In this document: positions 10,958-23,335 of the stretch, piece by piece
Layout: each line of letters starts with the position of its first letter
Position numbering within the stretch: the first letter of the stretch is position 1
NCBI GenBank assembly: GCA_900128565.1
Contig: LT635910.1
Span: 1 to 64,000, forward strand
Source: Stramenopiles sp. TOSAG23-6
Lineage: Eukaryota
Direction: 5' to 3'
DNA: 64,000 nt
Position numbers and translations under genes: made by a program
The notes under the pieces: generated by a model
What the model was told of the DNA's origin: nothing
The model's database searches: none
What the model saw: the letters and a program-made list of their open reading frames with translations, nothing else

Positions 10958-12451
10958 TTAATTCATTGTAGTATCAAATGGTGCACCTGCTGCTCCATAG
11001 GGTTGAATGTCATTCACAGGGTATCTCCGTTTACCTGATTTTGAGCGTTTTTCTAATCTATCTTTCAACGATTTATAATAATTAAATCTTTGTTTTACAA
11101 TTCCTTGGCGTGCCACAATTTCATGTTTCTTTTCAGTTTTCAAATGAGTATTTATCATTTTTTGTCTTTCTCTTCGAAGTTTTTGAATGGCTTTGAATTT
11201 TTGTGATTTTATATTATTTTTTTTTGAATTTTCTAAAAATGCTATCGTATTTGTTCGAATACCAATGGATGGTATACAAAATTGTTCTTTGGGTGCACAC
11301 TGGGATGCACTGCCAGGGACTTGTTCAAATATAGTACTATTTTTCTGTTTATAACTATTTTCAAAACGTGAAAGATTTCGTGTATTTTGCNCATTATATT
11401 TTGACCCGTTCTTTGGACTAACAATGGAAGAACTATTCCCACATGGCAGCCATGAAAAATCGATTGATTTATCTTGTACCGTTTCATCCAACTTTGCATG
11501 TTTCTCCTTTTCTCTGAAATCCTGAATTTCGTACCAAAGTTTCTTACGTCTAAAAGTATTGAGCATATTTTTTCTGCCAAAAACTTCTTTATTTTTATTT
11601 TCATCAAACAAAGCCTTTTTTTCATTTTTTTCAAGATGATTTTCAAGTTTTTTAAGTTTTTTAAGCTTTTTAAGATTTTTATTACTTGTTTTACCATTCT
11701 GACGTTTTTGTTTTAGTAATGATGACGCAATTGATATTTCATCATCAACGTATACATTTTTCATCATTTTCTTATATCTTCGTAAAGCTGTCAATCCAGC
11801 AGGTTCGTTCAAAATGCCATCTTTACTCATGTTTACATTGCTATAAAGAGGATATAAAATATTGACTAATTCTCCGTATTGCAACATATTATCATTATTT
11901 TCATCGAAATTTTTATACAAAGTTGAGAGTTCCTTGTCATTAAGAATAATTCCAAATCTGTTAAACATTTTTTTGATTTCTTTACCTTCTAAGGCTCCGT
12001 CTCTATTGGAATCATAATTTAGAAATAACTTATTCAAACTTCGATCTGCGACTCGATCACGAAATAAATCTATTTTGCTCTTCGATTGGGTTTGTGCTTT
12101 CGATGACTTTACTTTGCCCCGTATTGTTTTGTCCTTATCTGTAGTTTTGTTGGTATCTGTAGAACGACTATGGAGGCCATTTTTATATCTTTCTAGTGTC
12201 AATTTTTTCGAGTTTATTTTTTCACTATTTTTTATACTAGGATGTCGAATTCTCGGTGTATAGTTGTGATATTCGGGTATTCTATACGTCGCATCATATT
12301 TTGGTTCTACACTATTAGACTTTTTATCGTGCATTGGAAGTGTTGTCAAAAGCTTATTTTTCTGTAATCGACTTTTATGTCTCCGTACATGATCTCGAGA
12401 GTTCTCTTCTCTAACTCTCTGTGACGTCTCACGTCTTGAACGCCGGGACAT
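10958..12451 (-). CDS. Basic EF-hand-containing protein
   Basis: EF-hand pair DSNRDGALEGKE and DENNDNMLQYGE. Confidence 0.8.
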   Translation of the reverse strand: MSRRSRRETSQRVREENSRDHVRRHKSRLQKNKLLTTLPMHDKKSNSVEPKYDATYRIPEYHNYTPRIRHPSIKNSEKINSKKLTLERYKNGLHSRSTDTNKTTDKDKTIRGKVKSSKAQTQSKSKIDLFRDRVADRSLNKLFLNYDSNRDGALEGKEIKKMFNRFGIILNDKELSTLYKNFDENNDNMLQYGELVNILYPLYSNVNMSKDGILNEPAGLTALRRYKKMMKNVYVDDEISIASSLLKQKRQNGKTSNKNLKKLKKLKKLENHLEKNEKKALFDENKNKEVFGRKNMLNTFRRKKLWYEIQDFREKEKHAKLDETVQDKSIDFSWLPCGNSSSIVSPKNGSKYNXQNTRNLSRFENSYKQKNSTIFEQVPGSASQCAPKEQFCIPSIGIRTNTIAFLENSKKNNIKSQKFKAIQKLRRERQKMINTHLKTEKKHEIVARQGIVKQRFNYYKSLKDRLEKRSKSGKRRYPVNDIQPYGAAGAPFDTTMN

Positions 12452-12846
12452 GTTTCAATAGAAAGCAAATATTCTTTGGAATTAAGTGTTTCGGTGCTTA
12501 CTGCAATGAGTAGCTAGTAACTCCAAATTTGTAGGTGTGTAAATGAAGTAGTAACCAGCATCTTTCAAATAAGAAAGAAAGTAGTAAAAGAAGATATCGT
12601 CTGTAACTACCGTATTTCCGGTTCCGTTATAAATTCAGCGCGTTTTTCGGGTTTTGTTCCAAACTTCCCTCCTCGAAGATTCAACTATAGCTAGTAGAGG
12701 TACTGAGTAGTAAGAAAAGAATATATTGTATACTTGATAAAAAGTATTACAATTTACTCTACATACTTCCATAGTATTGTTATTATCAAATTATTGATTA
12801 AATTTTACATCTTTAAAGTCATATAGTTATATTTGTAGCAAATAGT

Positions 12847-13371
12847 ATGTCGTCTGGAGGAAACTTTGGTACTCGCGACAGAGATATTTTTGATGATGTT
12901 CTTTTACTCGAAGAAAAATTTCATCAGGAAGGAGTAGAGTCTGGTACTTTACAGGGGACGGAAATGGGAGATCGTGAAGGCAGGGCTCTTGGTCAGAAGT
13001 ATGGTAATAGTACTGGTTTGGAGGTTGGTTTTTATATTGGTTGTGCTGAATCTTGGGCAGCTTTAGCAAAAAAACACCCTGAAAAGTTTAGTAGACTAAC
13101 ACTGAGAACATTACAATTACTCCGGAAGAGACTCGTCGATTTTCCACTTATAGACCCAGAAAATATTAATATTACTGATCAACTAATGCAACTTAGATCT
13201 AAAGTACGACTTATATCAACAAGGTTGTCATTAAAGTTGACTGGGATCCCTCGTAGAGAGGAAAACAATTCTAGTAAAGAGGAAAACAATTATTCTAGTG
13301 AAAGAATTGACTGGCTTCTTGAAGAAGCTACAATAAGTGCTAATAGAGAAAAGCGAGGAATGTCATTCTAA
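12847..13371 (+). CDS. LTO1: LTO1/ORAOV1 family protein (Yae1_N repeats)
   Basis: DIFDDVLLLEEKFHQEG followed by Gx3 repeats to GLEVGFYIG. Confidence 0.85.
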   Translation: MSSGGNFGTRDRDIFDDVLLLEEKFHQEGVESGTLQGTEMGDREGRALGQKYGNSTGLEVGFYIGCAESWAALAKKHPEKFSRLTLRTLQLLRKRLVDFPLIDPENINITDQLMQLRSKVRLISTRLSLKLTGIPRREENNSSKEENNYSSERIDWLLEEATISANREKRGMSF

Positions 13372-13464
13372 TATTTTTTAACGTTTTTATGTACTATACT
13401 AAAACAAATCAATGATTAATAAATAAATGTTACAGATTTTTGTGCTCTCTTACTGTCCAAATTT

Positions 13465-15508
13465 CTACACTTTTGTTGTAAAATTAGACGGAAATGCGCC
13501 TTTATATCGTTCTAACTGAGTATTTCGTGCATTTTCTGAGAAGAGCTGTAAAATATCAGTCACAGATACATTCAAACCTTCGGAAGCTTTAGTTATATTC
13601 ACTCCGATCCACCATCCCTCGTCTGTGCCAGAGGTAGAAACTATTGCAATTTGATCTCCACGTGAAAAAGACAATTCATCACTGTGAACTGCCTCATATT
13701 CAAATTTGGCTGTTCTCAAATTATAGACAGGATTTTCTGTACAATACCCACTCATAGAAGTATCAGTCAAAGGTTTCATTGGTGATATTGGAGCTGTTTT
13801 CATAGCGCTATCAAACACATCTAACCCACTCATTGAATTCATTAAATCTGGAATATCTGGTGTATTATTAGGGTTAGGGTTAATATCTGGAGTATTTCGT
13901 CTCTTTTTGTTGACCAAACTTTCATTTTGAGTATTTTGAGTATTTTGATTATTTAGAGTATTTTGAGTATGTGGGTGTGGGGGGGAAGATCTATTATTTC
14001 CGTGATGATGTCCATATATTGAGAAAAAATATGTTTACAATTTGAAATTTGTTAGGTATAGAATTATAGATGTAAGACATACAAAAACAAAATTTGATAT
14101 TGAAAAGTACATGATGCCTTTTATGATCTGCGGGAGGCGGTGGGGGTGGTTTCTTTTTATGTTTCACTGGAATAGCAGGACGCGGTAGCACAGGTTTTAA
14201 CAATTGTGATGGGGGTGATGGAGGAAGTGATTTCTTATCATGATTATTATTTATATTTCTTTTGTATTGGTTGATTTGTTGAGGATTTTTTTTGTTTTGG
14301 TTGTTTTGTTGAGAATTTAAGTCACTCAATGAATGTTCTACATTTTTTTTCCCACCAGAGCTTGATGTATAACTACCATTTCTACTGTGTTTTGAATTAC
14401 TTTTTACGTTACTATATGCTGTAGAGGTTTCATGGAATGTTGGCATTTCAGAAGCTTGAATATCTGAAAAATTCTTCATTGTACCATGAGTGGAAATAGA
14501 CTGTATTTGTGGTATGTGCATTGCCTTACAGCTTGATGCCATACTACCAACTGTAAAATATCCATGACGTTGTTCCCATCCACTTGCTCTTGCTATATCG
14601 TGAATGGTTGTGTTATCTAAACTACCTGATTCAACACCAGCAGCTTTTTCGCATTGACCTGGGCCAAATTGAAGTTTGTGTTTATTTTCGTATAAAACGG
14701 AACCAGATAAACGTCTCAATTTTATCATGTGTAATGAATTGGGAGGTACAGTACAAGCACAATGTCTACCAAAACGTTGTCTTCCACTAGAAATATGATT
14801 TCTAATTGACGTGATAGCTTGTAGAGTGTTGCTCAATAATATAGGTGCATTTCTATCAACGGCTCTCATTTCCTCATAAAATCGATCTCGTACTGTTTTA
14901 GTTTTCGTCTTTAATGAGCTTATCTTACTTAATTTTATCTGATAGAGTTCCTTATCAGATGCAGTCTTTAGGTGGGATGGATCGTACTTTGGAGTATTCA
15001 AAAGTTCATATTTTTGAGCTGCCAAGTCGACCATTAGCTGTCTGAAATCTGAAGCACAATTACGAACCTTTGGGGCATGTCTCAACCGTTTACGTACAGG
15101 GCCTAATACAGCATCTTCAAAAAATACTTTAACAGGATCCATAATAGCATGGGAAGCAATCATCTGAGTTTCAATAAATTGTTCTAGATCTGACTGTGAA
15201 TATCGAAGTTGTGTTGAAGGTGCACGATCACCGTCAATAGCATCTTCTCGACAAAATGGTTTCTTCAATAAAGGATATAGTTGCACTAATCGTTCAGTAA
15301 CCTTTGATTCAGCTTGTTCAGCTTCCTGAATTTTAACCCAGTAGTCTTCTAGCGAAGAGTGTAATAATTCAATCTCGCGAACGAATTCTTCGTATCTGTG
15401 TGAGTCTTCCTCAAACTCTACATCCACAGTTTTTTCAGTCACCCCAATCTTTTCACGCAACTTTTGTTTCATAGCGCGACGCCCGTCACTTGTAAACATT
15501 TTAAACAT
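13465..15508 (-). CDS. BAR domain, Pro-rich linker and SH3 protein; exons 15508-14111, 14013-13465; about 648 aa
   Basis: N-terminal QKLREKIGVTEKTVDVEFEE is BAR-like. SH3 reads AKFEYEAVHSDELSFSRGD...GWWIG...GAFPSNF. Confidence 0.8.
14014..14110 (-). other. Intron GT-AT, 97 nt, phase 0
   Basis: cat cat|GTACTTTT...TACCTAAC...TTTTTCTC AATATAT|gga cat cat cac. There is no AG inside the intron. Confidence 0.75.
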
Positions 15509-15882
15509 TATAAAAGGTTTTTATTCACTGCGAATTAAATAAAGTCTGTGATATTAAATATTGAAAATAGTCGTCTGAAGTCTGAAGAAGAAGAAGGAGT
15601 TTGCGTTGCTCCGCGAAATTTGATTTTGAAAAATCGAAAAGAAAACCCACGAAATAATATTATTACTCTCGGCCTTGGGCCTTAGTAGGTCCTATGGCTA
15701 TATATAGCATTCCACTGGTACTAGTAGTACATTCTCTCCTCCTCCTGTGTCTCCAGAATTTTCATCTAAAGAAAGCATTTGTGATATTCAAATATATTCT
15801 AGCTAGTACTTTAGACTGTGCTCGATCTTGCTTCGATTAGCGATTGATTTTGTACAGTTATTGTTTTGTTTATCCAACTTTC

Positions 15883-17325
15883 ATGCAGTTGAAATTACTG
15901 TTGATTTTAATCTCGTTTGTTTTTCATCTCAGTCACGCCAAACACTATTGTGGTAAGAGTACAAAGTTAAGCACAGGAACTTGGACGTCGTACCTATCGT
16001 CTGAAACAAATAGAACACGCCAAATATGGAAGCCAAAAGGATGCCATCTGTTTATATATGAGAAGAGAGATCTCGATTCTTGTCTTTTACAATCACAACC
16101 TCTTCAAACAATAAAGGAGAACAAATTCAAGTCACTTGCTTTTTTTGGTGACTCAATACTTCGAAATATTTTCACTGAAGTAGTAAAAATTACCGAACCA
16201 AATTTTAGGTTGGTAACACCTAAATCACATGCTAATCACACTGTATTCCACTTAGATCTCAAAGACACATTACCTTCTCTAGAATTCTTTTGGGTACCGA
16301 GTGTGTTTTCACCTGAAATGTACACAGAAAAATTTACAAAATTTTACCGTACTTTTGTGTCCTACGGTTCTTGGGATATGGGTATTTTTTTCAAGGGAAT
16401 CAACTATTGGCATGAAGAACTCACTAGACAAATGATTCTTGGGAAAGCGCAAAATAATGCGTCGAGTGGTTTTCAAAAAGTTGTATGGATTTCTTTGCCA
16501 CGTTTGCGTCCTGAGAAGTGTGATTGTACACTTTGCTTATGTCAATGCAACTCTTTGGAAAGAGTGCTTCAGTTCCGTAGTGCCGCTAATAATGCTGCAC
16601 AATGTGCTCATGTACCTTTGATAGACTGGTATGAAATGACGAATACTGAAGAAGCTGCAGAAGAAGCTGAAGATTCACTTCATTACTCTGAAAATATTAG
16701 CTGGATGCAAGCTCAAATTCTTTTGAATACAGTTTGTCCAAGACCTGATGGTTCCTTAATGTTACTCTCTGATGAAGGTATACAAAAATGTAATGCAACA
16801 AAATATTTTGAGCTGGAGCATATTAAAGGAATGAATAAAACATCACACCTTCATTGTTTACATGAACCTGATGAAGGCGATGGAGGAATAGAAAAAAATA
16901 GTCAAATTAAAAAAAGTAGACAAAATATAAAATATCGAAGACACTTGCGTCATACTGAAGAAAATGTAAATATTTCAGATCAAAACAAATTTAATACAAC
17001 TCAGCATATTGTGAAATCAGAGTTAACACGTCCTATTTTTCTGATAAATGATAAAATGGTACCAAATAAAAACGAGGTCAAAGAAAAATTCAATGTGACA
17101 TTTGATTCTCAGAAAGGATTTTTGACGCCTCTTACGATGAAAAAAGCAAAGAAACAATGGAACATTTTGTCTCAATTTGGAGGATTCAATAAGCATGTCA
17201 ACGAGAAGCCATTGAAAAAAACAACGGCACATATGCTGGATAATTATACAGAAGAAAACGCAAAGAAAAAAGTGGATACAATGAGTTTGGAAGAACTACT
17301 GTTTTCATACCAAAATCTTTACTAA
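15883..17325 (+). CDS. Secreted SGNH/PC-esterase-like protein
   Basis: Signal peptide, WKPKGCHL, AFFGDSILRN (GDS motif) and EDSLHY (DxxH motif). Confidence 0.8.
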   Translation: MQLKLLLILISFVFHLSHAKHYCGKSTKLSTGTWTSYLSSETNRTRQIWKPKGCHLFIYEKRDLDSCLLQSQPLQTIKENKFKSLAFFGDSILRNIFTEVVKITEPNFRLVTPKSHANHTVFHLDLKDTLPSLEFFWVPSVFSPEMYTEKFTKFYRTFVSYGSWDMGIFFKGINYWHEELTRQMILGKAQNNASSGFQKVVWISLPRLRPEKCDCTLCLCQCNSLERVLQFRSAANNAAQCAHVPLIDWYEMTNTEEAAEEAEDSLHYSENISWMQAQILLNTVCPRPDGSLMLLSDEGIQKCNATKYFELEHIKGMNKTSHLHCLHEPDEGDGGIEKNSQIKKSRQNIKYRRHLRHTEENVNISDQNKFNTTQHIVKSELTRPIFLINDKMVPNKNEVKEKFNVTFDSQKGFLTPLTMKKAKKQWNILSQFGGFNKHVNEKPLKKTTAHMLDNYTEENAKKKVDTMSLEELLFSYQNLY

Positions 17326-17346
17326 CTTTGCTAATAAATTTTAATC

Positions 17347-17799
17347 TTATCCTAATCCAGCATTTGCAACTTTTGGAATATCATGATGCTCTGTTAAATC
17401 TGCCAAATACTTGTTGAACTCGCTTATTTTCTCTCTGTGTGTCTTACTCACAAATTTCTTTATTCGTTCCGTTTTTCTTTCTTCCCATTTTTTGTCGAAA
17501 GCTTTTTCAGCGTCGGTACGGTAATCCTCTTCTTCGACTTTATTTGATTCGATTTTAGTTCCTTCAGAGACATTTTTATCATTCATATTGTTGTCGTCTG
17601 TATCTATGATATGAGTTTTATCTTTACTTCCGTCGCTAACTAAACTACGAGGAATCTTCGAATGTCCCTCTCTACCATTACCTCCCTCGCGTTGGCGCTT
17701 CTTCTTTTTCATTTTTTTCTTCGCTTTCTTGTTCTTTTTCAACTTTGGTACACCTTTTAACTTTAAACCTCCAGACATCACATTTGAGTAAGATGACAT
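17347..17799 (-). CDS. FAM32A: FAM32A family protein
   Basis: GGLKLKG; TDAEKAF...KTHREKISEFNKYLADLTEHHDIPKV. Confidence 0.9.
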   Translation of the reverse strand: MSSYSNVMSGGLKLKGVPKLKKNKKAKKKMKKKKRQREGGNGREGHSKIPRSLVSDGSKDKTHIIDTDDNNMNDKNVSEGTKIESNKVEEEDYRTDAEKAFDKKWEERKTERIKKFVSKTHREKISEFNKYLADLTEHHDIPKVANAGLG

Positions 17800-18134
17800 G
17801 CTTGCTAATTTAATTAATCATACAAAGTTCATCATGTCTAATTTTAAAAAGGGGAGTTTTCCCGAGTGTGTTTTTTACACGAACGTGTTTTTCGACACGA
17901 CGCGAATGAAAATTCTCAGCCCGAGCCCTAACCCTAGGTATAGTAATAGAGTCCGAGTCATCCGCAGCTCAATTAATTTCCAAATTATGTTGATTTATAA
18001 TCATTTATTTTACATTGAATTTTAATGAAAAAAGAAATTGTAAATTTTATCTTTTATCTTTGTTTTTAAAAACTTCAAAAATAGTAGAAACTTACTATAT
18101 ATCCTTCATTTTGTAGCTACTTTTTCTTCAGGTT

Positions 18135-19597
18135 TTAAGCGACATTTTCCCACCATTCATGAACTAAGCCGTGTATGTCCTCTTCAATATCTACAATCCC
18201 TGTATATCTGGCCCTACGTCCTCCAGGAGCAGACATCATATCTCCACTATTCCAGTCTGGACTCCACTTCATACTGATGTCAAAATCGGCTACTATATAC
18301 TGGTCTTGTATATTGCGAGTGTAATTTGTAAACGATGTTCCAGTACTTATTACAGGGTCCAGTTTTTTTCCTCCGGGGCTACCAGCTGAATCCCATACAT
18401 CTACATATGATCCCTCCGATGCAGCAACAATCCAAACCCCATTATCAGCAGCTCTTGCTGGCATAAGAGCAGGATCAAAACCAGCAGAAGGAAATAAAAT
18501 AATCTCCGCACCTTGGAGTGCCAGTACCTGCGTTGTAGCAGGAAACCAAGATTCATAACATGTAATCATACCAATTTTACCTATATCTGTATCATACACA
18601 GGGAACATGTCCATTCCTGGGCTTACTCCATAAAACTCTTCTGGATCATAAAGTACATTTTTTCTATGTGTACCAATTAGCTCTCCATTTCTACCATAAA
18701 GATACGCGGTATTATAGACAACGTCGGTATCGTTTGTATTACCATATGAATATACTGTACCAGCTGTTAGCATTTTCCATTGAGATGCTTTTTGTTGAAG
18801 TAATTTAGCGGAAGGTCCATAAAATTTTTCTGCGCATTCAAAAGTTNNNNNNNNNNNNNNNNNNNNNNNNNNNNNNNNNNNNNNNNNNNNNNNNNNNNNN
18901 NNNNNNNNNNNNNNNNNNNNNNNNNNNNNNNNNNNNNNNNNNNNNNNNNNNNNNNNNNNNNNNNNNACCCCTTGTGAACCTACCTTATCGAGAATTTTGC
19001 TCCAGTAGGCATACCATTCCAAGTGCCATTTTGGATATGCAGCCTTCCATGTAGTTGCAACACGCACAATTCTTTCTGGTTCTTCTAAGCATTGTTCCAA
19101 CTTAATATTTCTCCAGTAAATGCGCCCTTGGGGTGCATATTTGAAAACAAGTTTTACCAACACAAGACTTCCTTTCTCACCTGCCGGAGGACTATATGGT
19201 TTGGGCCATCCAAATCGAAATTTTCTGTAAGCCTTTGCGAGATTATTGGATCCAGTCTTTTGTATAGGAGAGGAGTTGTAGAGTTCGCTTCGATCCATCC
19301 ATATGTACGTAAACGACCATTCCCCTCTGTCAATACTCCAACGGAACCACCATGCGCTGCAGACGGAACAGAAGTAATATTTGGGCAAAGTGCAGGGTTG
19401 ATGCACTTCGATACCCATCCAGTAGGAAGTTTTCCGTTTATTCCGGTGGACAAAGATGGATGGATCGAAGCGAACTCTACAACTCCTCTCCTATACAACA
19501 GCGTTATGGAAACAATTTGACGATGTGACCCAACATTTGCCTGTGAGGCGACAAAAATAGTGAATAAGGCGGATACAATATTTAAAGTTGCTGCCAT
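18135..19597 (-). CDS. Carbon-nitrogen hydrolase (nitrilase superfamily) with signal peptide; frameshifted and gapped in this assembly
   Basis: YNTAYLYGRNGELIGTHRK, GKIGMITCYESWFP, GAEIILFP. The N-terminal part lies in ORF 19154-19597, a frame change occurs near 19260, and an N gap spans 18847-18966. Confidence 0.8.
19260..19498. repeat. Perfect 43-bp inverted repeat (19260-19302 and 19456-19498)
   Basis: ttgtataggagaggagttgtagagttcgcttcgatccatccat and its exact reverse complement. Confidence 0.95.
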
Positions 19598-19936
19598 TTT
19601 GGGTTTGTTTTCTGTTTGTATTTTAAAAATTTCGCCTTTGGGTTTGCTATTCGATTTGAATTCAAATCAAATTTCAAATTTCAAAATGAAGAATGATGAC
19701 ATCCGTACCAAATTTTCGTACTTAAATTTTGCTGTTAAGTGGTCAGCAGTCCAATTCGTTCCTGTGTGTGTGTGTACTCAGTCTTTTTTGAATCGAACCA
19801 CACAGGATATAAACATAAACACAAGAAAGAAAAAAACATATTTGGATCTGCTGAAAGTGAAGCAGACACTTCAGCGTTTAAGAAAGAGGGAAGACTGACT
19901 ATAGTTATACGGTAATTTTTACTATCACCGCATCCG

Positions 19937-22900
19937 ATGAGTTCTCTTGGTCAAGATAAGTCTACGCGCTTCACTCAAGAAAATAATGAAGCTTTAGAAA
20001 ATTCAAAAAGTGAGCGATTGATCAAACATAAAAAACTAATCCACGACGTTATTCATGACAATCATAAAAAAAGAAAATATAAAACAAAAGGTTTGAATTC
20101 CAATCCTCAGCGTAAAGATATCTACAACTTCTCAGAGTCAATTTCATATCTTGAACCAGACACAGTGGATTCGAACACTGTGGCCGCAAAAAAAGTCTCA
20201 AAGGGCTACACTAAACGAAGTCAACTTCCCTTATTTTTCTGTGCAGTTTTTATTGGTGCAATAGTGGCTTTATTTATTCATCTTGCAGAAGAAACTTTTG
20301 AAATGATTCAAGAGTATCGTTCTGAAGTCACAAAGAAAGTACTCTCTGATGGCGCAAATATCTTCGTAGTGTGGAGCTTGTGGGTGGGCTCTGGCTTAAT
20401 GTTAGCTCTTACGGCTGTTATTTTGGTCCTTTGGCAACCATCTGCTGCATCATCGGGAATCCCGGGTCTAATTCAATATCTTAATGGCTGTGTATTTTTA
20501 ACTTTTTCACATTAATTTTTCAAAAAATATTTTCTCATACAAGTTACAAGTTTTATTCATTCATTGTACAGTTGAAGTACAATTCCACTATATAGATTCC
20601 GACAGCAGGTGTTAACATTTTTGGAAACGTTGCATTTTATGATAGTTTCTATTTATTGGTTGCAAAATACATTGGAATGTTATTTGCAACACCATCAGGA
20701 CTTGCTATTGGACCAGAAGGTCCTATTATTCATATTAGTGCAATCATTGGAAAATTTTGTTGTGCCTCTTTTCAAGCATTTGAACAATATATGACAAAAA
20801 AAGATTTTGTTATATCACCAGCAGAATTAAGAGATTTCCTTGGCTGGTGTTTTCTTTGTTGTTGAAGAAGCCAGTTCATGTATTACAGTTACTTTCATGG
20901 AACTTATATTTTGTGGAACTTTAGTAGCTTATTGGGTATCAAATTTTCTTGATGGTATCACTCAGGGGGCAGTAATGTTTCCAACTCCCACAGGTCCTAC
21001 ATGTGGTAAATATGATCACTATGATATACTTCTATTTATTGCTATGGCTGTAATTGGTGGTTGGTTAGGTGCTGGATTTAACGCAATTGTTGAGTATTGT
21101 ACTAAATTTCGTATTCATTATGTTAACAAGAAAGGAGTATTTCGTGTTCTCGAAGTTATTTTTCTTGTTATTTTAACAGGTACATTTGCCGTTTTTCTTC
21201 CATTAGATTTTGAGTGTAGAGTTGCATCACGTGATTTGCTATTTCGTGACTCTTTGGGTTGTTTGAATACAAAGTATAAAAAGTATATCTCTTCAGGTGA
21301 AATAAACTCAAATATTGCTTGGGATATGATCGAGGGTCACAAAATTATCAAATATTTGAAAGATGGTAAAGAAGAATGGAAAGATCCAGCAAAAACAGTT
21401 AAATGTATAAATGATAATTCAGGTAGAAACAAATCGGCTGTCGACAATTTATGGAAAAATTCAAGTAAAAAGGGGGAGAAAGCAAATGGAACAGGTGGAA
21501 CAGAGCTAAAGATTTCTAATGATACTTGCAAAGATTTGTTGAAAACATTTCGCAAAAGTGCCCGAGCTAAACCGCTTTCAAAAAAACATGAAAAGTATCA
21601 ACGAGTCGTACGTTTGGAAATTGCATTGGGTTTGATCAATGCAATGAGTATTGGTTGTAACACAAAGCAGTTGAATAAAGCTCTTTCAAAAGATGATCCT
21701 ATAGTATCGGCGAAAAGAGGGAACAGGTATATAGCAGGAAAACAGAAAAGTGGGGGAAATATTGTATCAGCAAAAGAAAAGAAAGATAAAGCGAGTCTTT
21801 CCTTTATTAGTCTGGCTTCTGGTGTAGCCAAAGCTGTTGATAAAGAAAAGTATGATGGGTATAAGGTAAATCCTGGTATTTTGTTTTGCGAAGAAGGATA
21901 TTTACATGCAGATACACAACTTATGATACCTAATCGTGAAGGGTTTTTTAAAAAAGGTGAGAAGCAAGAACATTATAGACATGATATCTTTGAATTAGAA
22001 AACAGTCATGCTTTTTACTGTGAAGAAGAGTCTAATGAATTCAATGAAATGGCGATGCTTTGGTTAAATGGAGGGAAAGTGGGTCTGAAAAGTCTTCTAC
22101 ATCGAGGAGTTCCTCATCTTTTTACAGTTGAAACCCTAATGATATTTTTTGTGTGTTACTTTTTTATGGCTGGATTGACAGCTGGTACATCTGTACCAGC
22201 TGGGCTTGTTGTACCCATGTTACTTATTGGAGCAAGTTTTGGTCGAGCTTGTGGCATATTAATCGCTAGTTTTAAAGAAGGTTTCTGTGTCAGCAATGGT
22301 TTGAAATACACAGATTTGCCGGATACAAATGGTGATAGTTTTTTTTGGAGCCTGATTGTGCGCTACAAAGTCCATGATTGTGGCGTTTTAGATCCTGGGT
22401 CGTATGCTATTATTGGTTGCGCAGCTTTTATGGGTGGCTCTGGTCGAATCACAATGTTTCTTGCTGTGGTTTTGTTGGAATTAACTAATGATATATCTCT
22501 TTTTCCTCCAATGGGACTTGTTACAATTATCGCAATGTTAGTAGGAAATATCTTTAACGGTGGATTGTATCATTCACTTATGCATTTGTTGAGTATTCCC
22601 TATTTGCAGGGTGAACCTTCAATAATTACTAAAATCATTCCAACTTCTTGGGTGATGGCTACACCAGTAATGACATGTAAACTAAGAATGACGAAAAACG
22701 AATTAGAAACTTTACTATCTAATAATGACCATAATGGCTTTCCAGTTTGTGATGAAAAAATGAACCTAATTGGCTTCTTGGAAAGAAAAGCAATCCGCAG
22801 TGCAATTCAATACGCCAGAATAACTTTTAAAGATGATAAAACCCCGAAGGTTGATATGGCAAATTTTATGGATTTATCACCCATTAGTGTGAACACACAT

Positions 22901-23335
22901 ACTAAAGTATTTAGAGTGCATACCATCTTTGTATCTTTAGGACTGAGGCATTTGAGTGTCGTTGATAGAAATCACAAGGTAGTTGGTATGATTACACGAA
23001 AAGACCTCATTGAACACCATGTAACCGAGGCAGCAAAACGTCATAAAATGGAAATTTACTCCAAAGAAAATTATTTTACAAAGCACAAAAACGACCTAGG
23101 TGAAGCTAGAAATTTGAAAAGTAAATATCCAGATCCAGATCAAACAGAAGTCGATCATGCTTTCTGGCAACATATTCCTGGAGGTGGTATGGGCGGGCAT
23201 CACACAAGAAATTTTATTTCAATGAAGAAAAGAGACAAAAATTCTGATGATGATGATGATGATGATGATGAAAGTGTTGAAGATGGACTACTTGATATTG
23301 AAGAGCCTCTCCTAGCTCAGCACNGAACATTTTAA
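19937..23335 (+). CDS. CLC chloride channel/antiporter (CLC-6/7-like) with CBS domains; one intron and an apparent frameshifting deletion near 20840
   Basis: SSGIP, GPEGPIIH, VEEASS, GLVVPMLLIGA, AAFMGGSGR, HNGFPV, GLRHLSVVD. Confidence 0.9.
20492..20595 (+). other. Intron GT-AG, 104 nt, phase 0
   Basis: ggc tgt|GTATTTTT...TTCCAC TATATAG|att ccg gives YLNGCIP. Confidence 0.85.

Noticed and set aside
13868-13882. TTAGGG repeats here and near 27571 as interstitial telomere
   Set aside because: They encode Asn-Pro-Asn-Pro inside exons, so coding explains them.
18847-18966. Missing nitrilase catalytic Glu
   Set aside because: Its expected position falls in the N gap, so absence cannot be judged.
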